This document shows positions 29,201 through 41,400 of a DNA stretch of 64,000 nt, piece by piece. This DNA is from an uncultured Chlamydiae bacterium. Its GTDB lineage: Bacteria; Chlamydiota; Chlamydiia; Chlamydiales; SM23-39. Under the pieces are notes generated by a model that saw only the letters and a list, made by a program, of their open reading frames with translations, made no database searches and had not been told where the DNA came from. Both the position numbers and the translations under genes were made by a program. The stretch spans positions 1,120,001-1,184,000 of the forward strand of contig CAWHDP010000002.1 in NCBI GenBank assembly GCA_963828125.1, written 5' to 3'. Every line of letters starts with the position of its first letter. Within the stretch, counting starts at the first letter, position 1.

Positions 29201-29446
29201 TTAAAAACAAAGATTGAAATGTTGGTAATTACCGATGGGCGGGTACGGAAAGTTTTTTCCAAAATCATTCAATGCGATATGGGTCAGTTGGGAGTTATTG
29301 AGCTAAACACTGCAGGTCGGGTGCAACAGGGAGAGATTTTCTTATATATTAATCACGAGCTCGCTCGAACAGGTGTTATGTTGACGCCCGAGGAAAGAAT
29401 AAAAGTTGTCACCGATAAACATGCATGGTTTACTTTTGAACAATAA
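26237..29446 (+). CDS. Large modular Pro/Gln-rich hypothetical protein (1069 aa) with internal repeats; possible effector
   Basis: Two ~142-aa N-terminal repeats (SKIPPFT.LSVYA..QDLQ...), ~3.5 copies of PQPTIQPKSEP...CLDFEE.V.PNMFSTNLPQTHVAP; AT-rich; no Sec signal evident. Confidence 0.8.
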   Translation: MNGSVSKIPPFTSLSVYANLQDLQNPRAALYTQEDARTINEIIDLVPSLKKSANESPSTGQFAGALVPACIDNGRLYVKVTEQTGTVLKMTTIFINTTNNKDVYVELTNNKVSANSILAAPSNPQSHPNPQLSSQPSISSPVSHPPVSKIPPFTFLSVYASIQDLQDSQHSLLAQKDQTMIDEIIRLVPSLQKGLNESALLGKNFDAPLVIGRIENCRLYVTCVEQGEMVQKMTNTYIPTIDTDVYVQLRKYDVSANSILAARSNAQSHPNPQFPSQPSVSSPVSHPANPQNNTFNRVELYHLGKKLWSTTESSVIATILNSLKMSEASENLDVTLTRGTLQHGAFFITLNSLTTKIPNIQCELLSGDALLKCIKDRNNVPSAHSALSSPQPTIQPKSEPESENCLDFEEDVSPNMFSTNLPQTHVAPLVPQPTIQPKSEPEPEPESGSCLDFEEGVPPNMFSTNLPQTHVAPLVPQPTTQPKPEPKPELESYRDFEGYVTPKVPPTNLPQTHLAPSGPQPTIQPEPASCVDFLEVPSNEIRLPLSDPPERRIKCPFDYLAVTHNERVVWDTSDNQTIEHIFQQIPISKSMCMQDAASIKAMIQNEKIFIQINGQPQKIPNIRLDRELSGQAEFYFGKINERLSQQAMGQILPPGWAEELLSREEPAEMQICRAIQGPRAMRTPVPKAIQMAAMDQMLAFRSEVTPRITSNMCMASQKIPVKYVPRELYIMQSPLRNRNPTWGKEMSIQERQALWAQEKEVLTNGGQGIKHQIHQAAMLEITGPRVEKIFSALTQQMQQSQQQILKPWMRDTLAEMDAYKLQKRPIPPELKKKLGVIEQYLKSNRQDTINAWTDFLLQFEKTANRNRSISIGGGWGICAINNQDEIYLYNPTHDRNGKVIGLYNTGVQLQLMERETLQQVRFIFDQPCYLQFRFQAKFGPLEPLEYNALPQDPRDSSGLQPQPSSPIQSMLQAPHCNFNKLKIHQWLNLKTKIEMLVITDGRVRKVFSKIIQCDMGQLGVIELNTAGRVQQGEIFLYINHELARTGVMLTPEERIKVVTDKHAWFTFEQ

Positions 29447-32400
29447 TGCGATAGTACATAAACCAGCCGGGAATGGGCGCAAAATAGCTTGAGTCGTAAA
29501 AGTAGGGGTAAAAATAGTAGTCGCTGGCCAAATTGAACTGCGAGTTTTCAAAGCCGGGAGCTGCAAAGCCGGTGATGACGAATACTGTAGATGGAACCGG
29601 CGGACCCGGTGGCACGGGAGGGGGTCTGTGGCAATCTAGAATCGTCACCCCATTGAATATGACGACGCAGGGGGGGTTCAGATCATAGGTGGAAATATTG
29701 TATCCTACGATCGGAGCGCCTAGCTCTATGCCGTTAAAGTCGGCTAAATAAGTGCTGCCCACAATAATCCCTTGCGATGCGTTGACGAGGATGGGGCTTG
29801 CAATAGATCCAACGTTCCCCCCTAGAGCGTTAAAGAAGGCGGTATTCGTCGTGACTATATTGACTGGAATGGTTCCATTCTGAATAGCTCCTTGAGAGGT
29901 AAACAAGGGGTTGGCTACGCTCATCGCCCCGTTAAAGAGGATCGAGCCAGCGTGTACCGTCACCGTGTTGATCGAGCCGGGATTCGATAGAATCCCCATA
30001 TCGGCAAGGCCCGATCCGGTGTTGATCGTAATGTTCTCGAAAGTAGTGCCGTCAATCGTGTTGTAAGAAAAGGCCCCGCCGTTTGTTTGTACAGAAATAT
30101 CTGAACCGGTGGTTAAAATCACGAGTGGGGTCGTAAAAGAAACGGGGCCGCCGTTCGTCTGCAGAGTAGTGAGGCTCCCATTCACAAATTGGGTCTCGAC
30201 GCCAGAGGCATATGTTTGAGTGACCGCCGCATAGAGGGAGCTGCTCAGAGATGTAGTCCCTGCAGCATTTAAGGTTAGCTGACCGCTCACAATCGAGCTC
30301 GGCGAGCCGACTCCGTTGAGTGAAATATTGCCCGCTGAGCTGACGATAAAGCTGGTCAGCGGCGATGTGACAGAAATCGCGTTGGGAGCTACGACATTTC
30401 CAGCGCCTCCGATAACTGTCAATGAATAATTCCCTTCTAAATCGGTTCCAAAGGTGATGTTTCCGTTATTGGAATTGACGGTGAAATGGCCGGTGAGGAT
30501 TAAAGGTCCGGTCCAACTGATGGGAGAGCCGCTTGTATTTAAGTTACCCATCATCTGGGTCGTCCCACTGCCCAATTGAGTGAAGGGGCCTGAAAGAGAA
30601 ATGGCTGTCGGAGAATTGACAATCGCAAGAGAGCTGTTCGTCAAGGAGAGGGGCCCGCCGCCCGTCGTGGCGATATTGCCATTGAGGGTAAAAAAAGCGC
30701 CGCTTAAAGTGATGCCGGAGGCTCCAGTCGCTAAAAGATCCCCATTGAATGTCGCAAGGCCGCTCACCCCTCCGATCTCCATACTCGATGCGCTGATCGG
30801 GGCGGCTGCGGTCAAATTGGTGCATTCGGTCACTTGGAAAGCGGCCAGTCCCGTTACGGTATTGGAGAGGACGATCGATCCTCCGCCCGCGCTCATCGTA
30901 AGATTCTCATTGCCATCGACCGTGTTCGAAAGGGTGATCGTCCCTGAAATCACGTCCATATTGAGTAGCGAGGGCCCTGTGAGATGAACGGGACCGGTAA
31001 ATAAAATGCGACCGCCGACCACCTCGATGGTCGTCGCCAAATCGACGCTTCCAACGCCTGTCTGGCTAAACCCTCCGCTTAAATTGACGGGGGCGCTGCT
31101 CGACAGGGTCAATAGCCCGCTATTGTTCACCGTAAAGCGCCCGTTGCCAGTCGTCGTCACGGGGGCAAGGAAAGTAAAGGCGGCGCCAGTCACTTGAATG
31201 CCGCCAGAAAGGGTCGTAGAGAGAGCTCCATTAAAGGTCGTGCTGGCAGAGCCGGCGTTTTGTGCAATGGTTCCCGCCGAAATGGCGGCGGCGGATACTT
31301 CTCCGCCGCTCACAACTGTCAAAGAGGTGACCGGAACCAGATCGCCGATATCTGCCGCTAAAGTCACGCTCCCCGATCCGGCGGTCAAGCTGAGGGTATA
31401 GGCGCCATCGATCGTATTCGCAATGAAGATGTCGCCTCCGCCGTCGCTATTTAAAGAAACAGGGCTGCTCAAAGTGATCGGGCTGTCAAATGTGATATCT
31501 GAATTGCTGGCATGGATCGTGCCGCCGAGCTGCACGGTTCCGCCGATGCCAGACTCTGTGAATCCATTGGACAAAAGAGTCGATGATCCAGCCGTCAAAT
31601 TCAAAAGCCCCGTGTGGCTGATGACGCAGGGGCCAACCCCGCTCGTCGTCAAAGACCCGTTCAAAGTAAAGTTGGTTCCAGTCAGCCGAATGCCAGAGGC
31701 GCCGCTGGCATTCAGATCTCCGTTCATCGTTGTCACCCCTGTCCCAGCGATTTGAATAATCTCTGAAGCCTTGATCGAAAGGGTCGTGACGCTGCCGCTT
31801 TGGGTAAACACCACATCTCCGAGAGGGGTCATTTGACCCGCTACGCCCTGAATAGTCGTGTTGCTCGCGCCTGAATTAAAAAAGAGGCTGCCAGGCCCAT
31901 CGAGGGTGCTCGCCAAAGTGATCGGCTGAGAGGCTGCTGAGAGAAAGGCCGAACCGGTCACTCCAACAGCTCCAGCAAAACTGATGGATCCGGCGGCATT
32001 GATCGAGCTACTCAGAGTGGAAGAGGCTCCGCTCTGTCCAAAAGATCCAGCCGTTACACAAGGAGCAGAGAGGGTAAAAACACCCGAGTTCACAATGTTA
32101 ATGGAGCCAAGGACGGTGGTCGTAACAGCCCCGCTGAACGTCACGTTCGTACCGGTGAGATTGATGCCGCTTGCTGTATTGGTGTTCGTCGCTCCGCTCA
32201 AAGTGGTGGTCCCTGTGCCGCCTGTCTGGTCGATCGATGCGGCGTTGATGGATCCAAATGTTGCGGTGGCGGTTTCAGTGATGAGGAGGGCTCCAATGCG
32301 GGTATTCGATCCAATGGCGCCAGTCACTGTAATATTGTCAGCTCCGCTTGCGAGCGTCAGGTTTTGGGCCCCGTCTACAGAACCGCTGATCGAAATAAAA

Positions 32401-35400
32401 CCAGGGCCGGGCCCGCTATTGAGCGTCAATGGGGCGCTCAGACTCACGATTCCAGCGAAGCTCATATTTTGGTTGAGGGTCAAAACAGTCCCGCCGATCA
32501 AGACGGGGCCCAAGCCGCTTTGATCAAAGGGGCCGGCCGATTGGATCGTTCCAGAGGCGATGGATGTGAAGGCGCCCGAGTTCCCGATCACAATCCCCCC
32601 AGTCCCCCCAGCGGTCCAAGCGGCGCTCCGGATGATATTATTGGCGGTCAAATGAATGCCGAGAGGGCCGCTTGTCGAAATGGGGCCGCTGAAGGTCGAA
32701 GTGCCGCTGCCGCCCGATTGGGTGATGGAGGCGGCAGTGATCGGCTGCTGGGCCGTGAAATTCACAGCAGACGTGATCGCTATATCGCCCACCGCAGTCT
32801 GGCTCCCAATCGGGGCGCTGAGGAGGATATTTCCCGTCCCCGCATTGAAGCTGAGGGGATAGGCGCCATCCACAGTCCCTGCCAGTAAAATATCCCCAGA
32901 GCCAGATCCGGTGTCGAAAGCGCCGTCGTACAAGAGGGTGATGGGGCTGGAAAACGAAATGTTTTGGCCTGCTGTCGTAATCGTCCCTGCAAAAAAGACG
33001 GAGCCTGTCCCGTTTTGCGTATATGTGCCGTCTATCGAGGTCGTATTGATGGAGGTGCCGGTGATCGTCCCTGAGTTCGTAACGACAAAATTGCCCCCAT
33101 TGGTGGTGATCAAAGAGCCGCTCCGGACGAAATTGACCCCGGCCAATGTAATGCCAGCAGAGGTGTTGGAACTCAAATCCCCCACCAATTGCATCGTCCC
33201 CGACGCTGTCGCATTCAGTGAGGCGCAGGCAAAATTTTGGATCGTAATGTTGTGGGCGCTAGAGACAACCGTTGTGCCGAGCGGGGTATTCCCCCCTGTG
33301 TTTCCAAGGAGGGTGATATTTCCTGTGCCGGCGAGCAGCGTCAAATAGCCTGGGCCGTCCAAGGTGCTAGAAAATGTGATCGACTGGTTGTTCGCCGCTG
33401 TATTCATCGTGGCGCTCATCCCCGACACGCTCACCGGCCCTGCAAATGAGATCGAGCCATTATGGGTCGTCACCGATCCAGAAAAAGCGGTCGAGCCTCC
33501 GCCTGTTTGATTCAACGACCCGTCTGGACTTGCCGTTCCAGCCAATGTGAATACGCCGCTATTTTGAACCGTGATGGAAGAGCCGGCTTCTGTCTGTAAG
33601 GAGGCGCCGCTCTCAATCATCAGGTTCGTCCCTGTGAACTGAAAACCGATATTATTCACAATCGAGCTGACGCCTGTCACAGTCGTGGTCGCTGAGCCAG
33701 CTTCCTGGATGAATCCGTCGAGCGCCATATTGCCAATGGCCACATTGTTCGCACTTGCAATGACGAGCAGATTGGGCCGGACGGTCGCATTGCTGCCGAT
33801 ATCTCCGGAAAATGTAATATCGCCCGTTCCTGCCGCAAGGGTCAGGTTTTGCGTGTCGCCGAGAGCTCCGTTCACAGCCCCGGCAAACGAAATATCTCCT
33901 CCTCTCGCTCCCGTCGAGATGACCGAGTTCGTATTGAGCACCACCTCTGTCGGGAAGGAGAGGGCAGTATTGGTCGAGCCGATGTTTCCTCCAACATAAA
34001 GGGTCGCAGCGGGATTTAAAGTAATGGTTCCGGCGATCAAATTCCCATTAAGGGTCACTGTGCCTGCTGTGATGGCAACGCTCGCAAATTGTCCATTGCC
34101 GGCAAGGCCAATTGTACCGACCTGAATGTTGCCAGAGCTGCTCGAAAGAGTTAGATTCCGCCCGCTATTTTGCCCAGCTTGAATCCCAAGCGCCGTTAAA
34201 TTGCCCCCACCGGTATTGAGCGTCAGGTCGGCGCCTGTCCCAAGAGAGATCGTCCCATTTTGGAATGTGAGATTGGCCCCGTTGCTTGAAATTGTAGTGG
34301 CGGAGCCTGCACTGAAATTGAACGTTGCTGGAGAATTGTAGGTTTGGGCGTTGCCGTTATAAGTGGTTCCCGCAAATGTCATACTGCCGCTCGTTGTGAC
34401 CGAGACTGTCCCCGATACGCCAGGCGCGCCTCCCCCCATCCCATTCAAAGAGACCTGATGGGCTGTAATCGCAAGCGAAGCGAGTGGGCTCGAGACCCCG
34501 ATCGGCGCTCCCACCGTCACATTGCCGCTTCCCGCTGTGAGGGTCAAGCCAAACTCCCCGTTGATCGTATTCGAAATCGAAATTCCCCCTGTTCCTCCAC
34601 TGGAATCGAGGATTGCATTGCCTAAAAGAACCATTGGACTGAGGATCACAAAACCGCCCCGGGCGCTCGTCGACGCCGCGAAATTCGCTATCCCCGTGCT
34701 GCCGGGAAGTTGAATCCACTGTCCGTCAATCGAGCTGGTATTGCCCGCGTGCCCTGTCAGAGGTCCGCTATTGAGGATAGTGAGGCTCCCTCCATTGCTC
34801 GTCACTAAAGAGCCTTGTCTATAAAAACTATTGCCGGTAATGCTAATCCCAGCAGGGCCGTTGATATCGATCGCCCCAATCGACATAAACTGTCCGGTGA
34901 GGGCCTGTTGAGTGAATGAAAGGGCCGTGACAGAGCTCAAGTTCTCGTTATTTGCGCTAACGACAGTGATGGCGCCTAAACGGGTTCCCCCTCCCATGGC
35001 GCCTGCAATATTGATATCTCCCGCGCCCGCCTCTAACGTGAACGGCTGCCCCCCGTCCACTGTACTATACAAATTGATCGTTCCCAAGCCCGTTCCGGTG
35101 GTGAGCAGTGTGGTCGCCGTCAGCGCAATCGGACTGGCAAATGAGAGATCTTGACCTGCCGTCTGCACCGTCCCAGCGAGCGCCACCGACCCTACTCCTG
35201 TTTGGGCAAAAGCCCCCCCCGTGGAGGAGAGGGTCTGATTGGCAGAGGCCGTCAAAAGCCCCGCATTGGCAATCGCAATCGGACCTGCGGCAGTCGCACT
35301 CCCGACAAACGTGATGGCAGTCCCCGTCAGGCTGAGGCCGCCCGCCCCTGCTGTGAGATTGCCGTTAAACGTGGTCGAGACCGACCCGGAGAGTTGCGAA

Positions 35401-38400
35401 ATAGTCCCTGCTGAGAGGTCCTGCGTCGTCACAATAGCTGCACTGTTGATGGTGAACGCATTTAAAGGGGAACTCGGCGTGCCGAGATTGCCGTTCATGG
35501 TGAGAGTCCCTGCGCCGAGGATGCAAGTGAGAGAGCCGGAGCCGCTGATAGCGTTTGAGAACTGGATCGAGTTGTTATTGGAAGAAGAGTCTACGGTCGC
35601 AGATCCAAGTGTTGGGACTGAGACGGATCCTGAGAAAAAGATAGCCCCCCCTGCAGCGAGCGTCCCTTCCAGAGAAATCGATCCTGCCGTGTTTTGGGTA
35701 AAGGGGCCTGCCAAACTGAGATTAGCGCTTGGGCCAAAAGTCAATAGACCTGATTGAGAGACGCCCATCCCGCCGCCAGAGTTCGGCGTGGTCGTGACGA
35801 CTCCGCTATTGACCGTGAAATTGTTTCCAACCAAACTGATCCCCGCAGGTCCGCTCGTCGTCAGATCTCCGCCGAAAGTCGTGGCGCCAGAGCCAGAGAG
35901 CTGCGCAATCGACGCGGCTGAAATCGCCCCCGCATTCACAATCCCTGCCGAGTTGATCGCCAAGGCCAAGATCGGAGTCCCCGAACCGACCGCTCCGCTC
36001 AAAGTGAGGCTCCCTGCTCCTGCCGTCAAGCTCAAATTATGGGCCCCATCCACAGTTCCCCCAAGCGAGATGTTTCCAGGACCGCTGCCGCCAGAGCTCA
36101 AAGTCACATCGCTGCCTAAAGTCACATTGCCCGCAAGGCTAATGGCGGCGCTTCCGGTCAAAATCGTTCCGTTCAAAATCACGGCGCCGCCGCCGCTTTG
36201 GGTGAAAGTCCCCGCGGGCTGAATCGAGGCCCCTTGCGTATATAAGGCGCTATTTATAATCGCTACAGGGCCTCCGCCCGAAGTAGACACAACCCCGTTT
36301 TGGTTAAACGCCTCTCCTGTCAAGGAAATCCCGCTGCTGCCGCTCGTATTCATGGCCCCCGAAATCGTCGTCGTACCCGAACTTCCGCTCTGCAAAATAG
36401 AGGTCGCGCTGATCGCCGGATAGCCGATGTTCGAAGCGCTTTGGATCGTCAGAGCGCCCAATCGAGCGAGCTGGCCGACTCCGCCGGTAAACAAGAGGGC
36501 GCCCGATCCGGCGGTGAGGGTGAGAGTTTGCGCCCCATCGAGCGTGCTGCCGAATGTGATGTTGCCGCTCCCGCCGCCGTTCGATACGCTCGTCGTCCCG
36601 CTCATGACGACCGGAGAGGCAAAAGAGAGGGGGCCGCCCGTTGTTAAAAGGGCGCCGGAGAGCGAGACAGTGCCGCTCCCCGTCTGGCTAAAGGCCCCCG
36701 CGATCGAAGTGCTAGATCCGGCAGTCAGCGTCAAAGAACCGGTATTCACAATCGCGACAGGGGCGCCAGAGGCTGTGGTTGTTAGATTCCCATCGATTGT
36801 CAACGAGGCTCCAGTGAGCGAGATCCCTCCGATGAGAGTTGCGGTTAAATTGCCATAGGCGGCCAGTCCCGTCCCCGCTACTTGAGTGATGGCGCCTGCG
36901 GAAATATTTTGTGTGGCGATCCCCTTCCCGTTATCGATCGTGAAGGCGCTCAGCGCCGAACCGCCCCCTACATTTCCTCCAATGAAAAGAGCGCCGATAG
37001 AGCCGAGATTGAGCTCCAAAGAATCGGGGCCGTCCACCGTACCCAAGAATGAAATATTGGTCCCATTGAGCGAGGTATCTAAATAAGCTGGATTGGGGAG
37101 GGTGACGGCGCTTGCAAAAGAGATACTGCCGCCGGCGGCGATAGCGCCGCCGAGCTCCACAGAGCCCCCGCCGCTCTGAGTGATGGCTCCGCTGATATTT
37201 AAGTCGGCCCCAGATCCCAATACGAGGGTCCCGGAATTGACGATGGCGAGAGGCCCAGAACTCGATGTGCTCACGCTACTGCCGATATCAAACGCAGCGC
37301 CAGTCAGCTGGATGCCGCTCGAGCCGCTTGTCGAAAGGGCGCCATTGAAGGTCGTCGATACCGAACCTGCGCTCTGTGTCAAAGAGGCGCAAGAAAACGG
37401 GCCTAGACTCACCACTCCGGCGCTTGCAATGGCCACATTTGCAATCGGCGTCCCTTGACCGACGCCGCTTTCAAAAGAGATCGTCCCTGTTCCTGCGCTT
37501 AAATTTAGATTGTACGGCTGATCGACCGTATCGGCAAATGTGATGTCCGCTCCGGCAAGATCAATCGTGTTGACGTTCAAATTGGAACTGAGGGTTATTG
37601 GCCCTTCAAACGAAACGGAGCCGTCGGCGCTCTGAATAGTTCCTCCGATCGAAACAGATCCCGACCCCAATTGTTCGAACGGGCCGTCGAGAGTAAAGAG
37701 AGCATTCGTCGCCGTGAACGTCCCCGAATCGCCGATGTCGAAGAGAGCCGAAGCGTTGTTCGTCGTGAGGGTAGAACCTCCAATCGAAATATTATTTGCC
37801 GCAATGCTGACCCCCCCCGCATCGGCGACAATCCCTGCACGGATCGTCGTCGTCCCCTGTCCATCCGTTTGGATCAACGAGCCGACCGTCATCTGATTGC
37901 TGATCGTCACATCTTCTGCCTCGCCAATGGTCAGAGAGGTTAAGGGGGCTGAGTTGCCGACGAGGCCTGAGAAGGTGAGAGAATTCCCCGCTCCTGGATT
38001 GATCGTCAAATGACGGCTATTGCCCACCCCATCGGAGTTGAGGCTGCTCAGGAACGTATAGCTCCCTCCAGATAGGACGATATTGTCCGCGATCACTAAT
38101 GTAGGACTGGCGTAGATCATGCCGACCGATACGTTCGTGGCAATATAGCTGGTTGTCGGTGAAAATTGCGTGATGGTCGGATAGCTCGTGCCGGTGATGG
38201 TGAGCATCGAGGTGATGATATCGACACTATTCAATGGGTTTGTCATCGTGCCGATATTGGCCACGTTCACCGCCCCTGTATAGGCGTCGACGTCCAAATT
38301 CTGATTTGGACCCGTTAAATTGCTTAAAGTGACACTTCCACCATTGCTATTGACCGTCAAATCAGTGCCAGTACTCAAGGCGATCGTCCCAGTCGTAAAG

Positions 38401-41400
38401 GCAACATTCGATCCTCCGGAGGCTACGGTCGTCAAGGATCCAGCTGTGAAGTTGAAGCCGTTTGCCGCCGTAAAACTTAAGCTCCCCCCCTGATAATTGT
38501 CCCCTGTGAAGGCGATCGCATCGCCTGCCGTGATCGACAAATTCCCCCCAGAGGATAGAGCGCCTGTGCCAAAATTCCCTAGCGACACTTCAGTCCCCTG
38601 GATCGTCAAGCTATTGAGAGGGATCTCGACCCCGATGGCGCCGCCAACCGTCACATTTCCGGTCCCCTGGCCTAACGTGAGATTGAGTCCCGTTGTGCTG
38701 GCATTAAGCGTTCCGGTGATAGAAATATCTCCCGCTCCAGCCCCTGCTGAAAGGATGGCGCCAGAGGCTGCGACAGCCGCATTCCCCGTAATGGTGATGT
38801 CGCTGCCTGACGTCGTGATCCCAGCGCCAAGACTCACAGCGCCTGTCAAGACAACGGTCGATCCCGTTGCGATCGGGGCCGACTGGACGATGGCAGCCGC
38901 AGAGACCGACAAACAATTCAACGGATGCAACGCTCCAAGCGCCGCATCGAACGCAACAGTGCCTGTACCGGTCGTGAGCGTCAAGCAATAATCCCCATCC
39001 ACCGTATTCGAAAAAAGGATATTGCCAGCCCCGGCCCCAGTCGTCATCGCCACAGCATGGGTCAAGAGAATGGGATCCGCCCAACTGATGTTGTTGCCGT
39101 TCGTGGTCACATTGCCCCCAAGCGACACCCCTCCTCCGCCCGTTTCCGAAAAAATTCCATCGATCATGAAGGGAGCTGCCGCTGGAACCGTCAATCCTCC
39201 CGTCTGGACAATCGTCAAAGACCCGCCGCTCCCAGAGCCTGTTGTGAGCGCGCCGCCGAACTGGAAGGCCGACCCGGTCAGTCTAATCCCCGCAGAACCC
39301 GATGTATTGAGAGCGCCTGTAAAATTCGTCAATCCGGTTCCTAGAGATTGGGTGATATCGACAGCCGTAACGGCGGCAATCGTCGCGCTCCCGCAGCTGA
39401 CAATCAGAAAACTACCCAGCGGACTCATGTTGCCAACGGCGCCGCTTAAGCCAATCGCCCCCCCTTCTGCCGTCAAGGTAAGGTCGTACAGTCCATCGAC
39501 CGTTCCGAGGACATTCAGCCCGTAGCCGCCGCTATTCAACCCAACAGGCGCCGTGAGAGTCAGCGCCGATCCAAACTGGAGGATCCCTCCGCTCGTCACA
39601 TTCGCGCCGAGGCTTAACGCTCCTCCGCCGCTTTGTGTAAAGGCCCCGCTCGACACAATAGCCCCTGAGATCGTCCCCATGCCTGTATTCATAATCGCGA
39701 CCGGCCCGCTATTCGTCGCCGTCAACGTGCCGCTTAAAGCAAGCGTCCCGGTGCTGACACTGATCCCGCCGATTGTGGCCGTTGAGACGGCCCCGCTCAG
39801 TGTCGTCAGGCCGGTCGCGCTCATAGAGAGAGACCCGTTGATCGCAATCGTTGTATCCGCGGTGACATTGAGCGCGCTACTGACCGTCAAACCGGTAAGT
39901 GGGGCTGTATGCCCAACCGGTCCGCCGAAAGTGATGCTTCCCGAGCCTGCCGTAAGCCCCAACGCATAGGCCCCGTTGATCGCCTCCGCAAATGAAATAT
40001 TGGCGCCAGATCCGGTATCGAGGGCCACTGCATTCGTCAATGTGACAGCCGATGCGAAACTGATGAGAGCGCTCGCAGTCGTCATCGATCCACCGAGCGA
40101 CACAAATCCGGAGCCCGTTTGCGTAAATGGGCCAGATAAGTTGAACGCCACCCCATTTCCGATCGTCAGAGGATTTGAATTCGTCAAAGCGATCGCGACC
40201 CCCCCTCCGCCCGTCGTCGTCACATCCCCGTTAATCGCCACTTGGTTGGCGCTCAAAGAGATACCGGCGCTCCCTGAGGTATTGAGGGCGCCGTTGAAAG
40301 TAGCAAGACCTGTGATATTTGGCGCGGAAAACGATACGGCGCTGATGGCTTGCGCAGTGAAGTTGTTGGCCGTCGTCACACTGATCGCACTGAGAGGAGT
40401 CGTCCCTCCCCAATCGCCATTGCACTGAATATTTCCCGCCCCTCCGTTCAGAGTCAAATTCTGAGCGCCGTCGATGGCGTCAGCAAAGACAATGTTCCCT
40501 CCGGACTGACTGCTGTCGAATACAGTCGGCGCCACCAAAGTGAGAGACGTATTGTTTGTGATTCCTCCGGAAGTCGCAATGACCTCGCCGCCAAAATCGA
40601 GCGCCCCCACCCCTAAATTCGTCACCACGACAGATCCAGCTATGATCGGGCTGACAGAGGAGCCTCCGATAGCGCCTGTAAAATTGACAATGAGCGGCCC
40701 CCCATTGGACACGGTCAGCCCAGCGTTCCGGACCACGTTATCGACATTCAGCGTGACTCCAGCAGAGCCGCTCGTATTGAGATTGCCGTTGAGAGTCGCT
40801 GCTCCCCCTGTTTCGGTCACATTCACAGAGAGGGCTGAGAAGGCCGCCACAGTCAAATTAGCGCAGCTATTTACGGTGAAGGCCCCAACCGGGGTGTTCC
40901 CCCCCACGGCAGCGGCGGCCGATATATTCCCCGTCCCCGCTGTGATCGTCAGGGGCTGAGCGCCATCGACCGTCTGGTTGAACGTGACATTGCCTCCGCC
41001 TGAACTGAGGGCAAAAGATCCAGCAAGGGTCATCGGTCCGCTAAACGAGATCGTTCCACCGCTGGTTGTAATGGAACCGTAATAAGAGGTGGCTCCGCTC
41101 CCTGTCTGGTTATAATTTCCGGAAACTGTTGCGCTGGTATTGGATGTAGCCGTCAAAGTACCGCTGTTGTTGATTGTGACAGAGCCTCCGTTCGTCGTGA
41201 CAAGCGTTCCGGCCCGGACAAAATTCGTCCCTGTGAGTTGGATGCCGCCGGCGCCGTTTGTGTTCAAACTGCCGCTCAACGTCGAGGTGCCGCTCCCCGC
41301 TGTTTGAGTGATTGTCGCAGAGCTGAGATTGCCGCAGCTAAAATTGCCGGCGCTGCTGATCGTGAAATGACCGACACGAGTCCCTCCTCCGATAGCGCCA

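Noticed and set aside
23225..29446. Prophage or integrative element at obgE
   Set aside because: The obgE 3' duplication is att-like, but no integrase, transposase or phage gene is present in the window.
29430..30500. CdiA-type contact-dependent inhibition toxin tip
   Set aside because: No VENN-like motif or toxin-like charged domain was seen, and there is no room for an immunity gene because the stop overlaps a convergent ORF.
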